In this document: positions 25,131 to 38,300 of the stretch, in pieces
How the letters are laid out: every line of letters starts with the position of its first letter
Position numbering within the stretch: the stretch's first letter is position 1
Origin: Amoebophrya sp. A120
Taxonomy: Eukaryota > Protista > Dinoflagellata
NCBI GenBank assembly: GCA_905178155.1
Contig: CAJINV010000003.1
Span: forward strand, 9,245,979-9,309,978
Reading direction: 5' to 3'
Length of the DNA stretch: 64,000 nt
The notes under the pieces: model-generated
Database searches by the model: none
What the model saw: the letters and a program-made list of their open reading frames with translations, nothing else
What the model was told of the DNA's origin: nothing
Program-made: the position numbers and the translations under genes

Positions 25131-27612
25131 ACAATAAACTTTATCTTTTTGTCTCAGCGTTTACCCGTAGTATTGTACCCTGTGGTACTCATCACATTGA
25201 GATTGAGTAGATACAAGTATCCAAAAGGACACACATATAGGTACTTTGAATAGCGCGCTCGCATTCCTTCGTAGCTTCTCTGGTCAGATACTTGAACTTA
25301 TACAATAATATTGACGTGCCTGCTCTGAGTCTGACAACTCTGTCTTGTACACTTGCATGGGACACTTCGCCAAGTAAGTGTTCGCGATTTTATACAACTT
25401 GGGCTAGGCGGAGAGAAAAGCCGTGACTATGCAAGCGCTTTTCTGTATGATATTTTCCTGCAGCTTCACAAAGTACCACGACCCAAGGGCTAAGACGGCT
25501 GTGAAGAATGATGACAGTTTTCGTTTGTGTGGTGCAAGGCAGCAGCATCGCTTGCCCGCCCGTGCAAGGACTAGCACAGCGGCTTTCTTCCTCTAGCTGA
25601 GGTAAAGACCGCCAAGCAAAGCTTTCGAGCGGAAAAATCAGTAGCAAAAGACGGAGCCATCGGTCGTGGCCACTCAAATGAAATCAAAATCATCTCATTC
25701 AGATACAATTACAAATCCATTTCTATTTGTTGCGGGGGCAAATTAACAAAAAACAAAAGTATCATAGAAAAGTTTTTCATCGGGTGAGGAAAGATTTTGC
25801 AAGACACTAAAGCTGTATTATACCAGAAACATGCTCGCTTGCGTGCATTCGGAATTCTTTCATCAGCTGGACGGTATTGCGGACACTCTGCCATATGGGA
25901 AGACTGAGGCGAACGTTTATCAAGACAACCATGCGCCGGACCATCTTCACCAGAACCCTATTCACTGCAAATGTGTCATGGCCATATCAAGACAAAAGAA
26001 CTACATGGCGACAAGTAGCTCCCACACACACATCTTCCAGCCTCGTTGTCCTTAATTAAATTTCTAAGAACTTTGATATATTTATAAGTCGCTCTCGTCG
26101 GAGTATCCCAGTGTCAGTACACGATTTTCATTTTGATTTTGGGTGCTATAATGAAGTCGCAGCGCATTTGCTAAAAATACTCTACTAGACCCCGAGGTGG
26201 CAAGACAATATTTGGGAAGGACAGAGGATACATTTTCCATTTGTAAAAGCAGCTCGACCTATTTATTATGAATGCATATCACCTTCTTCATTGTCTAGGC
26301 GACCACAACACACTTGCCAGCGATAATCGAAATCGAGCTTCGGTTCGCGCCTGTCGATGAAGAAGCGGAAAAGCATACAATCTATAGAATAGGACATCAA
26401 ATGTGAAATGCTAGAGGTACGAGGATCCAGGTGGGGCCACGTATGCGCATCCTGGTTTTCGTTTTCATGTCTTCCCCGTACGATGTGCTGAAGTTGCATT
26501 TTAATAGTGAATCAAAAACTGAGTACTTATATACCAAAATGTGTGCTGCCTGGAATTTAAGTCGTCGCGCATGTACTTCACTGAAACTTCGTCGGAGTCG
26601 GTCCTTGCGCTCGGGACTCAAAATGAAAACATTCCCCATCAAAGGTGAGTCATACACAATGCAAAGTTCTTGCTCTACTTGCTTACAAGAAAATAGCTCG
26701 CCGTACGTGCGCTTTGTTTCGTTTATCCTTTTCCTGCGATGCTTAGTCTACAATTGATGCTGGCCAAGCAAATAGATCTAAGTACTATATGCTCTCCTGG
26801 GTGGGCAATGTTTGACTCTGCTTACGCTTGCAAATCGTTTCCTGCCCTCGTCTATAAAGACGCGGAACGTGTTTAGCGTCCGCCTATGGATTGCAAATAT
26901 GTCATGGCCATAGAACTTACCAGGGCACTTGCCTAGCGAAAGTAGTGCACTTCCAAGGCGTATTGCCCTACACAGAAGCTTAAACGAAGCTGTGTTCCTT
27001 TCGCATGACATGCAGTAATCACCAAAATCTATAAGACCAGGGCTCGGTATCTAGAGGTCCATGGTCTTGACATCTTTGCAGCGCGTACAGTCTGCTGTCC
27101 GGCTTCAACCAACCTTGCTGCTCGTCCGTCTGTCAATTCATAACATCGATCGTCGCTTCATCTCGCAGTTGTGTTCAAGTCGCAAGTCGACTCGAACTAA
27201 TACTAAACAAATCCAAACGCAAATAAGTAAAACAAGTAAAAAAGCTTCAATCAATACCAGGCAAGGACTGGAAGCTTGGGTCGATGCCCCGGACAAAGAC
27301 GGCGGAAAAGAATAGAGGGAAAGTCAGTGAGCTTAAGTGACACTACAGGAATTACTAGCCCCGAAAAATATAATCGAAGTTGCCATGAATTCCGTATCCT
27401 GATCTACTTCCTTGATATGTTTAAAGTGAATCTGCGCGTTTCATTCTTGTACGTAGTTGTCGCCTCGCCGCACAGAGAGGAAAGAACTCTATGAACTCTG
27501 ATGCAACATCAGACAGAGTGATGCAAACAAGAAGAACCAAGGCTCCTATGTATGGGCTGCCATGCGTTTACTTTTTCGGGGCTCAGCTTGCTGTGGAAAA
27601 TGAAAGTCACCT

Positions 27613-30020
27613 CTAGATTTCCCGTTCATAACACACACACGACTCGCTCTTGGGAAAAGGAATGCCGGCAAGTCCCAAACCGTGCGGGCCAAAATGCCGG
27701 GCGGCATAGGTTCTCTCCAACTGGTCTCGAGGGCTCGGGGTCGGCAACCCGTACGATGACCTTGAGCCCCTGCAATGAGGACCGACGAGATGGGGTGTTT
27801 GCAGCGATGGCGTCGACTGCGAGGCTGCAGTGGTGCTCGGGGTATCGGCGACGCTTTGGCTGCCTGAGCGGTGGCTGATAATATCCTGGTTATGAGGTGA
27901 CGGCGTGGCTCGGCTCAGCGACTCGCTTTCGGATGAGGCACCCCGCCCGCGCTTGATTCGTGGCGGCGTTCCTAACCCAAGTGCGGCGCTCGAAGACGAG
28001 TTGTCCCCATCCATGCCCGTGAGCTGAATCTCCCAACTTCCCGAAGAAGACCCTGTGCCAGAGCAGGTGCCGAACTGTAGACAACATCCCTCGTCACGTA
28101 GAGGCGCGCTTTCGTAGGTGTCGGGCGCGGGTCCCGCTGGTCCTTCGCAGGGTCCCATCTCCTCGGGCATGCGGTCGATGTACACTTTGTGGAAAGCCTC
28201 GCGCTCAGCCGGAGTGAGGTTCTGAAAACCCGGCACCTTCCACAGGGACTCCCAATTGTCCTGTGGTCGGCGTGGAGGTTGAGGATGAGGATGCGCGCCG
28301 GTATTACCGCCGCTAGAATGGTCGCAACTAGAAGTAGAGCACATCGGCCTCGGCGCGGACGCGGTCCCCATTTTTGTTGCTGGCGCCCGCTGCTGGACAG
28401 ACGCTGCGCATGCAGGCTCCACTGCGCCTGCTGTGGTTCGTGGCAACGAAGGATTGTTCCCAATGTTGTTGCCGGACCGCGGCGGAGGCATCGGATGCAG
28501 GGTCAAAGAATTCGCTGAGGGCACGCCCGGTTTCCGGTTGTTTGCTGCGGCGCCGGGCGGACCTTTTGTCCCGCTAGCACTCGTGCTGGTGCTGCCAGCA
28601 CCCCACGGTACAAACCCTCCTGTCTGCGCGGCGTCGAACGCGCCCTTGGACAAGGCGCCCTTGGACATCAACGCTTCTAGAAAAGTTTTCTGCCGCTTCG
28701 GGCGCGGTTGCGAGCCAGGCGACAGTATGGATTGCAAAAATGTCTGGGTCTGGAAAAATGCAGCAGTTTGTCATGCAGATTTGCATGGCCCATGAGGTCT
28801 GTGATGCATGCCACAGCGTCAGAGATTTTGCGAGGGTTTTCTGATGCTCATACCGCATGAGAAATGCCCTCTCCGCGTAGCACAAATTAGACCTCTTTTG
28901 CTGTTCATGCAATACAGATTTTATGTAGATTCCAGAAGTAGCATGACAAGTTGTATTCTTCCAGACCCAGACATATTTGCATTTGATAGACAGTGACAGA
29001 CTCCCGATGTCTGCCTCGATCCCCGCCATTTCTCGATCCACCTCATGGTCATCATAGCCGCCGGGGGGGCCTCCACCTCCACACGCTTCGCCGGTTCCCG
29101 CTGCCTCGTCGGAGGAAGATGGAAAGCCGATAAACTGATGGCTTACACGGTGGAGCTGGTGAGAAGACGACGGTGGTGCGCTGCCCGGCGTGCTAGCTTG
29201 TGAGGAAGCGGCGGCGTAGGGAAATAGAACGTTTCGCGATGTTTCCCCAGAAAGCCGAAACTGGTCTCCACCTCGATCTCTGTGGGTGGTTGCGTGAAAC
29301 CACCAAACCAAAACCCTGGAGCACCCCCGAAGCAGCACGGTCGATCCCCCTCTCCATACGGCGAGCCGCCGTTGCTGGCCACGCGCCCCGTTTTCGGCTC
29401 TCTTGTTCCGCCGATCAAAGAAAAAAACTGCGCTGTGCGACGAGTTCGTATACAAAACAACTAGATTGCAGGTGCACAGGCAGCGCAACCGTTTGCGGCA
29501 CTGCATTAGCTCCTGCCAAGGCGAACCAGAAACTGCCCACGACCTCCCTCAATTTCCTGAACCTAAATACCTGCCTGCACTGCGGTGCATTGTTGAGAGC
29601 CAGGCATCTCGAAAGACGCAACACCGCCAATGGGAGCAGTACAGGAACGCTCAACTTCAACAATCGGGGAGGTCCATGCATACTTAAAAGCATACAAATG
29701 TATACAAAAACGCTACCGCAGCTGGTACGTCGTCGTGTAAACAATAATCAGAGAGCTTTGCTGTTCTTATGGTCGCTTTCTTTCTCGCCTGAAAACAAGT
29801 ATAGTAGGTCAACATAGAAGAATACCTAGAAGTATTGCGCATCTTCTGCAAAGAAATGCCGAATCTCTTACCACAGCTTTTTTCTTGGATATCTCCACAT
29901 TCTCGCTCGCAACGGGCACTGACCGGTCGAGCAAGTGCGGCAAGTGGTTTTCCAAAGCCCTGACGACCTCAAGGAGAGTGCTGGAGCTAGGCAGACAGAT
30001 GCGCTGGCGCGGCTGCAATT
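27613..30020 (-). CDS. Hypothetical Ser/Gly/Pro-rich protein, multi-exon
   Basis: ORFs 28574-29506 and 27613-28737 join in frame across the 28726-28988 element (GSLSLS-PGSQPRPKRQ); upstream exons unresolved. Confidence 0.55.
28726..28988. mobile_element. TIR introner (family A), non-canonical intron
   Basis: TSD GACAG (28721-28725, 28989-28993); internal sequence clearly homologous to 15768-16029. Confidence 0.92.
29413..29891. mobile_element. Decayed TIR introner
   Basis: GATCAAAGAAAAAAACTGCG vs TATCCAAGAAAAAAGCTGTG (16/20); flanks CCGCC/TCTCC match 3/5. Confidence 0.55.
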
Positions 30021-32033
30021 CTGCTTTACAATATCTAACAGTCCTCTGTGCGAGAACTGAAAGTGGAAATCGCGTGAGCCTGAGCCGTAGGCGCCTCCAC
30101 TGCCATCACACCCAAGCAGCTGCCGCTGGACAACTGAATCCCTGAAGACGCTACTGATTCTTTGAAAGGGCGGCCCTTTGACCGGTAGGATCGTGTCGAT
30201 GAGAAAGACGCAGCTACTTTATTATTGCTGAAAAAACCGCCCGTAGTTGAATTGCGTGTTCTGCTACGTCGCACCTCGGCCATGTCCAGCGAAAAATCGA
30301 CGCGGTGAAGGTCGTCAGTTGGTAAAAATAAATCCCCGCAGCAGTACTCGTATTTGCAGATGTTCGGGTCAATCCTCGTAGTTGCCCTCCTCGAGACGAA
30401 GGGTGTTCGGTGTCAATCCACCCCGAGGAAGGCAAGTCGCTTGTTTGTTCTGCACGAGAACGTTCGAGTGCTCCACCTGCGCTCTTGTTAGAAGTCGAAG
30501 CTGATGATACGCACTTGGTATTCAGGTTCTCGGTCGAATCCCGAAATAGAAACTATACTAGATTGCCTCCATGATCAGTCGGTATTCGATCTGCAGAGCC
30601 GTCGCAGTGCTAGCAGCTGCATCTAGCATTGCGGCGGCCCCGAAGGCGGAAGCTCACCAAAAGTTTCGAGGACCCGGGATGTGTGGGCTCTACTAGTAGC
30701 AGTAGCAACTTTACCGCGCTGGCACTGCAACCGTGGTCATCGACTGATTTGCCTCGGATGACGTCACAAGACTATATGGCTCGGTTCGTTTCCGGCATCG
30801 AGTCGTCAATGATGAGCCGGGTTGCTCGAGCTGTTCATCCGCATCCACAGGAAGTATCTGCACCCCCGGCAAGGCGACGCTCTTCAGGAACTCGATAGCG
30901 TTAACCCTGCTCCGGCAGGACTGTCTGTACTATGTCTAAAAAAAGTAATTTGCTGTACTCTGCATTCATTGTTCTATGACTTAGCGCCAGGATTGTTCCG
31001 ACCCTGGGTTAGACTATCCTCGTAATTCACACGTAAAGATGTTGGCACTTTGGGCCCTACTATTCACAGGGTAATAATGCTTGAATACGTACTCCGTTCC
31101 AGGTTGAGTCTTTGTCTTACAACTCTTGCTATAGGTACATTTGCCTTCATGAACGACCACATCACCATACTCATACAGAATGGCTTATCACGATAGAAAG
31201 CGAGGCATACAGAAGCTTTTGGTCGCTTGATCAAATAGGGTTTGGTCTATAGGAACTACTACAGTATCAATAATTTTGCAGATATTCTTTCACTGCCATC
31301 CTGTAATGTTGGTCAAATGAATCGACTCGGTGAATATGAATGATCGTCCCACCAACAGTGATCTAGCAGCATCGCAACAACAACAACTACAGCTTCGCTT
31401 CCATAGGAGTAACTTGATCTTTTTATCGACGCGATCTGCTTCTGCATCCACGCAAAACTAATCGCATACTACTTGCTCTGTGGCCTCTTTTGCGCTGCTA
31501 GTCATCGTCGGGCACCCACTACTTAATGAATATTGTGGCTGTAGGTTAGTAGATCCAAATATCAGCGTCTATAACTATATAAACATTATTGACCTCGACG
31601 CAAGAAATCAAGAATAATAAATAAACTAATTTCTGAACATAGTTGCTGACGTCGCGCGAAGAAAACACGCACAAGCCGTGCACTTGGATGCAGTCAAGTA
31701 TTTCTAGATCTCGGCGTGAAAGCTCAAATCATGCTGCGTGGTGGAACGGCGCTATCAAACGTTTTCAGTTCACAAAAGATGCATTTTCCATAATTACACT
31801 TTAACTTCCAGAGAATCTGTGCTAAACCATTTATACACTCATGATTCATACTGCTATTTCTATTCATTCTGAGGTACTCAATAGACGTTCGCCTGGCGGC
31901 CACTCGGCTGCATATATGGCATGCGCAAAAAAGGGGTGTGAAACTGCATCTACATCTAGTCGACAACAACATTAATCTTAGTGCGTGTTTCGGTCAGACG
32001 GTTACTTTTTGTGTATCCACCTAGTGCGTACTA

Positions 32034-34683
32034 CTACCACAGTGCCTTCCCAAAGTGTAGGACAGAATTTTTGTTCTGGCGGACCATCTGCTCGCGCTTT
32101 GCGAAGATAATCGTGATGCTGCCACCTCTTGCAGGAACGCGCACTGTAAATTTTTCGCCTACTATTGCACGATAGAATATCGTCTGCGTTTCTGGTGTCC
32201 GGTGGCGCGGCAGCACAGCTTCGTCGTTCTCGTTAGGGGTAACGAACTCTCGATGAGCATGCTGCACATGAAAGTCATCTGCAGCTTCCACATTGGTCAC
32301 CGACTGCTTCGACACTTGTTCAAAATTAGACGCTGTTAGAGCGCCGGTGTGTTCGGCCCAGGCGTCCACCCCGACAAGCTCGGTGCCATGTTGGAAAGCG
32401 GACAATGACATCTTCGCCCAACACGCTGCGTCACAAGACACATCGGCAGCAGCCGGTTTGAAATTCGTAAAGATCATCGCTATCGCAGAATGAGAGGAAT
32501 AAATTGCTCGCCTTTGCGATCCCACAGGCCCGGAAGATTGGTCGCGCACTTGGTCGCGCCGCTCATGATATAATTCAGGTGCGTCGCGGCTTCTGACGTT
32601 CTCTTTCAAGAACTTCTCGGTGAACCCTTTTTTGGGCGAGCAACGCAAAGGCCCTCCGCATTCTCTATCCAGATGATCCGCTGCACCGAGCAGGCGACCC
32701 AACCCGATGGAAGAGTGCTGCACGAGGTCGGAGGCAGTGAGCACAATCTCCCGTGCTGCAACGTGTGTGAGATCCAGAAAGCCGTAACTGACGATTCCGC
32801 CCTGCCGACGTGCCTGCTGGTTCACTGAAATCAGGAGCCCGTTGCGGTAAGTGGTGAGGTCCCACTCAGTGGGGCTGCGGCTGCTGACGTTTTTGCTTGA
32901 GTGCAAGAAGAACAGCTCAGACGACAAGTCCGGCCCAAATGCTGGGGTCGCCTCGCGATCCACCTGGCCGCCCTGCTCCTGATTTATTGTTCGTGCTCTA
33001 CCACCATAAAAATCCTCTTCATTCGTCTCTAACTCCCTGTGGTCTGCGAGTTCTTTGGGGCTCGGCCTGCTATCGAGGGGCGCACCGAGCAGGAGCGGGG
33101 CCCCGATCACGCAGTACAGCGAGAACTGGGTCCGGCTGACCGCTGGGTCCATGTAGATCAATTTTGCCTGCACGGACCGGTGCGCGGGGTTCGGTGAACT
33201 CGCAATCAGCATGTCCAGGTCATTCCAGCCGCCGGGACTGCCATACGCCTGCAGGTCCCGAAAGCGACGCAGTGCATCTAGCAATGACAATACGTCCGTG
33301 ACGTCCGCGGAAATGCGCCACATATTCGCAAGCGGGGCCCCGAACGGGGGCATGGCGTAGAACCGCAGGTCGGAAACAAAAGGGTGCTGCCAACCACCAC
33401 CGCACACGGAGTACAGTACCGGGTGTTCCCTCCGTTGGTTCTTCAGCAAGGCATCGCGGAAGGCCTGAAAACCGTCCAGTTCCGCCGTTTGGGTCTGCTC
33501 CGCATAACAGTTGTCGATCTTCACAAAGTCGACCGCCCAATCGATTGCGAACTGCCGTGCGTTATGGAAGCGTCAGGATCGAAATCGACAAAGGTGAAAT
33601 AATTTGCCATGCATAAAATGGATGCCAGTTGGAACCCAGTTTGTATAGTGGCGCATGACATTGGTGGTCTACGAGTTGCAGAGTTAGTGGCGCATGACAA
33701 ATTTCGGGAGCGCCAAAATCCAGTTTGTCATGCTGTTTGGACAAAGAAGACTACTCCTGTCATGCTACTCTAGCAGCACATCGTCTTCCCCCAAACAGGC
33801 TTGCAAAAATCGGTCTCCTCTGCCTGCTCCCCAACACAGGGGGCCTTGAGTGCCCCACATTCTCTGCATTACAAATTTTTCGACTTTGTCGATTTCGATC
33901 CTGACACTCCCATATGCGTCCACTGCTTCGTACTGGTGCGACCCCGGACGGCCGGCGCACGTTTCCGTGCCCCGGTCCGTGTAGATCCCGAATTTCAGGC
34001 CCAACGCGTGAATTTGATCGGCCACGGCTCGTATTCCGTTTGGAAACCGGTGGGGGTCGGCCACCAGTTTCTGGGTGTCCTGGTCGCGCGCGTCCGCCTG
34101 CCAACAGTCGTCGAGATTCACGTATTCGTAACCCAGGGCCGCGAGCCCGCTCTCTTTCAGGTAGCGGGCGCGCTCGAGCACGATCCTGAGAAAAAACATC
34201 CCCACGACGACCCAAGAGAGAGTCAAGATGAGAAAAAACTATTGCCCTTTTGGGTCGAGATGGCGACAACTCTGCAACACAAACCTAGAAGTTTTCGGCG
34301 CCACGCATGACAAGTTTGGAATGCTAGTGTAGTCGCATTCAGCTAAGCACTGTAGCTGCATCACAAACCGATCCCCGTCCTGATTCTGGCATCATGACAA
34401 ACTGCCAGACAGCATTGCAGAATGCTCCCCATGGGGCTGCGCAGGAGAAACGTCTGAGGCTTGCAGTTTTCCACCACATCCACAACTCTGGGGTGGAGAC
34501 GTTTTCACATGGGATAAGCACGATCGTTTCGTCTACATCGCAACCAACGTCGTTCCAACTATTGTAACCCATCGGTGGAAGGCGAGCAAGCCCGTTCTGC
34601 AGCGCTTGCGCGACCAAACCGGTCGAGGAGGAGGGTCGTGACACCGACAATGCTGAGAAACCTGCCAAGTGCAGGAATCCCAT
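32034..34683 (-). CDS. Glycoside hydrolase family 27 alpha-galactosidase / alpha-N-acetylgalactosaminidase, 3 exons
   Basis: LQNGLARLPPMGYNSWN, GYEYVNLDDCW, RFPNGI, GLKFGIY, TCAGRPGS, spliced DARQFAIDWAVDFVKIDNC (nucleophile Asp), NMWRISADV (acid/base Asp), PGGWNDLDML; hydrophobic N-terminus. Start codon uncertain. Confidence 0.93.
33563..33914. mobile_element. TIR introner (family B), non-canonical intron
   Basis: TIR TATGGnAGnGTCAGGATCGAAATCGACAAAG; TSD TGCGT (33558-33562, 33915-33919); removal rebuilds the GH27 motif EAVDA-RQFAIDW. Confidence 0.93.
34182..34516. mobile_element. TIR introner (family C-like; left end GAT), non-canonical intron
   Basis: GATCCTGAGAAAAAACATCCCCAC vs TATCCCATGTGAAAACGTCTCCAC; TSD AGCAC (34177-34181, 34517-34521); removal reads VDETIVL-ERARYLKESGL. 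Confidence 0.85.
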
Positions 34684-35337
34684 GAAGAAAAGCCAGCTAG
34701 AGACGTGGGCCGCAACTTGTCGAAGGCGAAGATTGAGCCAGAAGCAGACGCTATGAGTATGAAGCTCGCGCCCGAGGGACAACATTAGGAACCAAATGCG
34801 TGGCGGGCAAAAATCCAGTCAGCGCGAAAACCAGCATGCCTCTTCGTCGACACACTCTCTTTTGATCGAAAAGAAGAAAGCAACCCGGTCCACGGAGGTC
34901 TCGCGTACACAAGCACGGGTATCTTAAGCAAGTGCAAACTGCCTTGGTTTGGCGAATTTTCCTAGATTCAAAAAAATTTTTGCCTCGCGATCTTTGGTGA
35001 ACAGAAGAAGCAGTAGACAACAGAGAGCTGCGACGCTCAAAAGCACGAAGGCATGCACTCACTCTATATGTCTCGAAAATGCGTCGATGCTGTTGTTTTG
35101 CGGCTGCTTCTTTCAAGCCACAAATGAAACCCTGTCGTTCTTAAGGATGTGCATTTGGCTTTGGGAGAGAGAACACGCAAGATCATAAGAGTCCTCCCTG
35201 TCAGTTTGTCACCATTCCAACCAGGTCTTCCTGAGCGTGACCACAGCTGTTCGCGCTACCAGTTGGAGAAAAAAGCAAGATGATTTGATTACACGGCGAA
35301 CAAGAACTCATTATATCATATTATTTTTCAGTTTGTT

Positions 35338-38300
35338 TCAAGACCAGGTAGAGCGCTGAGAGCGTTCTTCTCTATCTTGTGACACAGCCTCCGCACCGCC
35401 GCTCCCGTCCAGAGCGCTTTCAGCAGGAAACTCGGGCTCTTCTTCCTCGGTGTCCGGCGAAGACCATTCACTGTCATCTTCGGAGTCCGTGAGCACGTAC
35501 ATATCTTCTCCAAATACATCGTCAATCTTTTTAAAGACGAACTCGCCCTCACTCACGTCGTCGTCATCCGTATTCATTGCAAAGATGTCCGGCGCAATCG
35601 CAAAGTGAGTGTGATACTAGTTAGTATTAGTAAGCACACAATTATTGTTATAACTCAAATAAAAGCCGCCAGCATGCAAGAAGAGCAAAGCCAGTACCTT
35701 CTGGGTCGCCACAGAGTGAAGCACCTGACGCTAGACAACATCATCGGGCAAGTACCAGTACAATCATCTTCGATGCGCCACCCTGAAACTATCCCGAACC
35801 AGAGCTCGGCTCCCGTCTAGGTTTTTAGTGAGCAGCGCTCTCCCTCTCGAGAGAGCTTGTCAAAATCTGCTGTCCGTTGCAGAGCTTGCACCGGATAGAT
35901 ACTTACTTAATCATATTTATTCTTATTCCGACAAGGTATTTATAATCAAATTCAGCACATGACAAGCCACAGCGAGTTGCAGAACAAGACACATTTGCAT
36001 TTGATAATCCTGGCTGAAGAAGTGCGAATCCGCTGTCCCGTTGACGCTCCGGTACAAGCCACACGCGTGCCACCCTGCCGCACAATACGACAGGTCCTGG
36101 CATTCCCGGAACCCGCAGTCTAGACACGTCACACCCTTGGTCGGCTTGGTCCAAACCTTCCCGCTGCGCTTGAGTTGCAAGTACTTTCGGGGATCCAGCC
36201 GCTTCCAGGTGCCGCAGCAACTTACTCTAACCCAAACGCGGTAGTCCCGCACGTGACCCCAGGCGGCGCGGTTCGGGGTTGTGGTATCGCAGGCGTAATG
36301 GCAATCGCAAAAGATCAGGTCGCTGCATCGAAATTTCGCCGCCGTTTCACACTCACGCAAGATTTTGCCGGTCTTCGGACAGTCAATCTTTCGCCATTTT
36401 CCACAGGCACTGCACTGCAGCTTCGTCACCGGTTCCCCCACTGGCCACGGTCGCGCAGCCGCTCTTCTTTGCACTACCCAGGCGGTGCAGTGAAACACGC
36501 GACCGACAGGTGGGCGAGTGCCGTCAGGATCTTCTTCCAGGAATCGAAACGCGTGAGGTGGCACGGTCCGACGTGCATCTGCTCGGTCGGACGTTTGGCG
36601 GATGGTCGTCCCCAAGTACTTATTGCGGTACAGACAAACTGTTTTCTTTCCGCTCGCACAACCTTTGTTGGCGCGCCTTACCGTTGCAACACTTCGATTG
36701 TGTTCTGTCATCGCGCTCTGCCTTCTCGCCATCACTTGACGACCGACCTGCAGAGAAGAGACCCCCGGCCGGGTTCCGAGGGGTGCCAGATGTCCGTGGC
36801 CTCCTTCAGTGTGGCGGGGATCCCGCCATACCTGCAACCCGGACGACCCGCTCACTCGCGGCAAGAAAGCCTGGTCGTGATGTGATGGTCCTCCAGTTTG
36901 CACAGGAACCTTTGATGTTCCTGCACCTCCTGGTCGTCGGTGTACTCCTTCGACGCGTGAACTGGTGTGATTTGCCGAGGAGCGACGACGCCTGACCGTG
37001 TCTGGAGCATCGAAACCCGACGACGTCTCGCTTTCCGTACTATCCGCCTCTACTTTGGGCTCCACCGCTTCCATTCTGCGGTCACCGGACGAAGATGGAC
37101 GACCCTCGTTTTCTTTAGGAGCTTTCGTGGTATTTGTGGCCTTGATGCTGGTGAGTAAACCATTTGCAGGACGACCACGAGAGGAGATCGATGCGAGTAC
37201 TCGAGCAGGCTGGACATACGAGTTCACGTTTTTTCCGTCGGCTTTTTCATATTGTCGCTCCGCCATCTCCTCCCACGGTGCCGGCAACACTGTTTGCAGC
37301 TGAATGGTGTTCAGCTCCTGATCTGACATTTCTTCGTCACTCTCGTCGACATCCCACCCCATCAGCGTTTGCGATAGACAGGTCTCTACATCCTCGCTGT
37401 AGCTGTTCGGAAACACGGCCGCTGGTGCGATAGCTCCATTTTGTGTTCGAAACCTCGCTTTGGCGCGCTCGTCAGTGATGACACCTATCTCGCTCATGTC
37501 TGTCAGCTGGTCATAAAGTCTTTGACTTCGGCACAAAGTAGCGTCGGATACCGAAGGAGTAAACCCTTGCTCCGAAGTCTGCTCCCCTGCCGAAGTAGTA
37601 GAGATGTGATAGTTATTTCTACCACCGCTGCTGCCGACTTGTTCGATGCCAAATGAGTTGCTTGACCGTGCGGAGGCGCGCGATCTCTGAGTTGCGCCCT
37701 CTAGCACATTTTGCGACACGCGGAGATCAAGGGAGCATGGCACGTGACCAAAACTTGTCGTCCTAAGGAGTGGAAGCGACAGCGGCGCTTCGGAGCTTAG
37801 AACCGATACCCACCTGGCGAAGGAAACGGTCTTTTTCTTGGAGCAGCCAGTGGATTGGGCGTCGCGACGATCTCGTAGTTGCTGAGAAACTTGCGACGAC
37901 GCGATTGCGTCAGCAGATCTCGAAGGATGGTAGAAGTGGCAGTGGGGCGGCGCAGTTTTGGGCGTGGTCACGCTTTGTACAGCATCGGTCTCGATCTCGT
38001 TCGCGCTCTGCAGGACGCCAACCGGACCCATTGAGGGAGCAGGTGCACGAGACTCACCCCAAGACGACGCATAATCCTCTCCTCGGAAAGATGCAACAAG
38101 TGCCAGGGCGGGCGGCCCAGATTCGAGTCGCTGATACAGTTCACGTTGCCGATTCCAATACTCGGGAGTAGTCTCGTCAACCGTCAATCGCTCCTGCTCA
38201 TGCATGGTCGTCCAATGCGTCCACACCTGCTGCCGACCGTGGGCTCTCCGCGCGCTTTCCGCCAGTGACTTTCCCATGTGCATTGTTGGTGGAGAGGTCG

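Noticed and set aside
10138-28988. Recurrent peptides KCKYVWVWK / FPDPDIFA as a protein repeat
   Set aside because: They are translations of the family A TIR.
30583-30897. Another possible decayed introner (TATTCGATCTGCAGAGCCGTCGC / TATCGAGTTCCTGAAGAGCGTCGC)
   Set aside because: No TSD and no flanking frame I could verify; left unreported.
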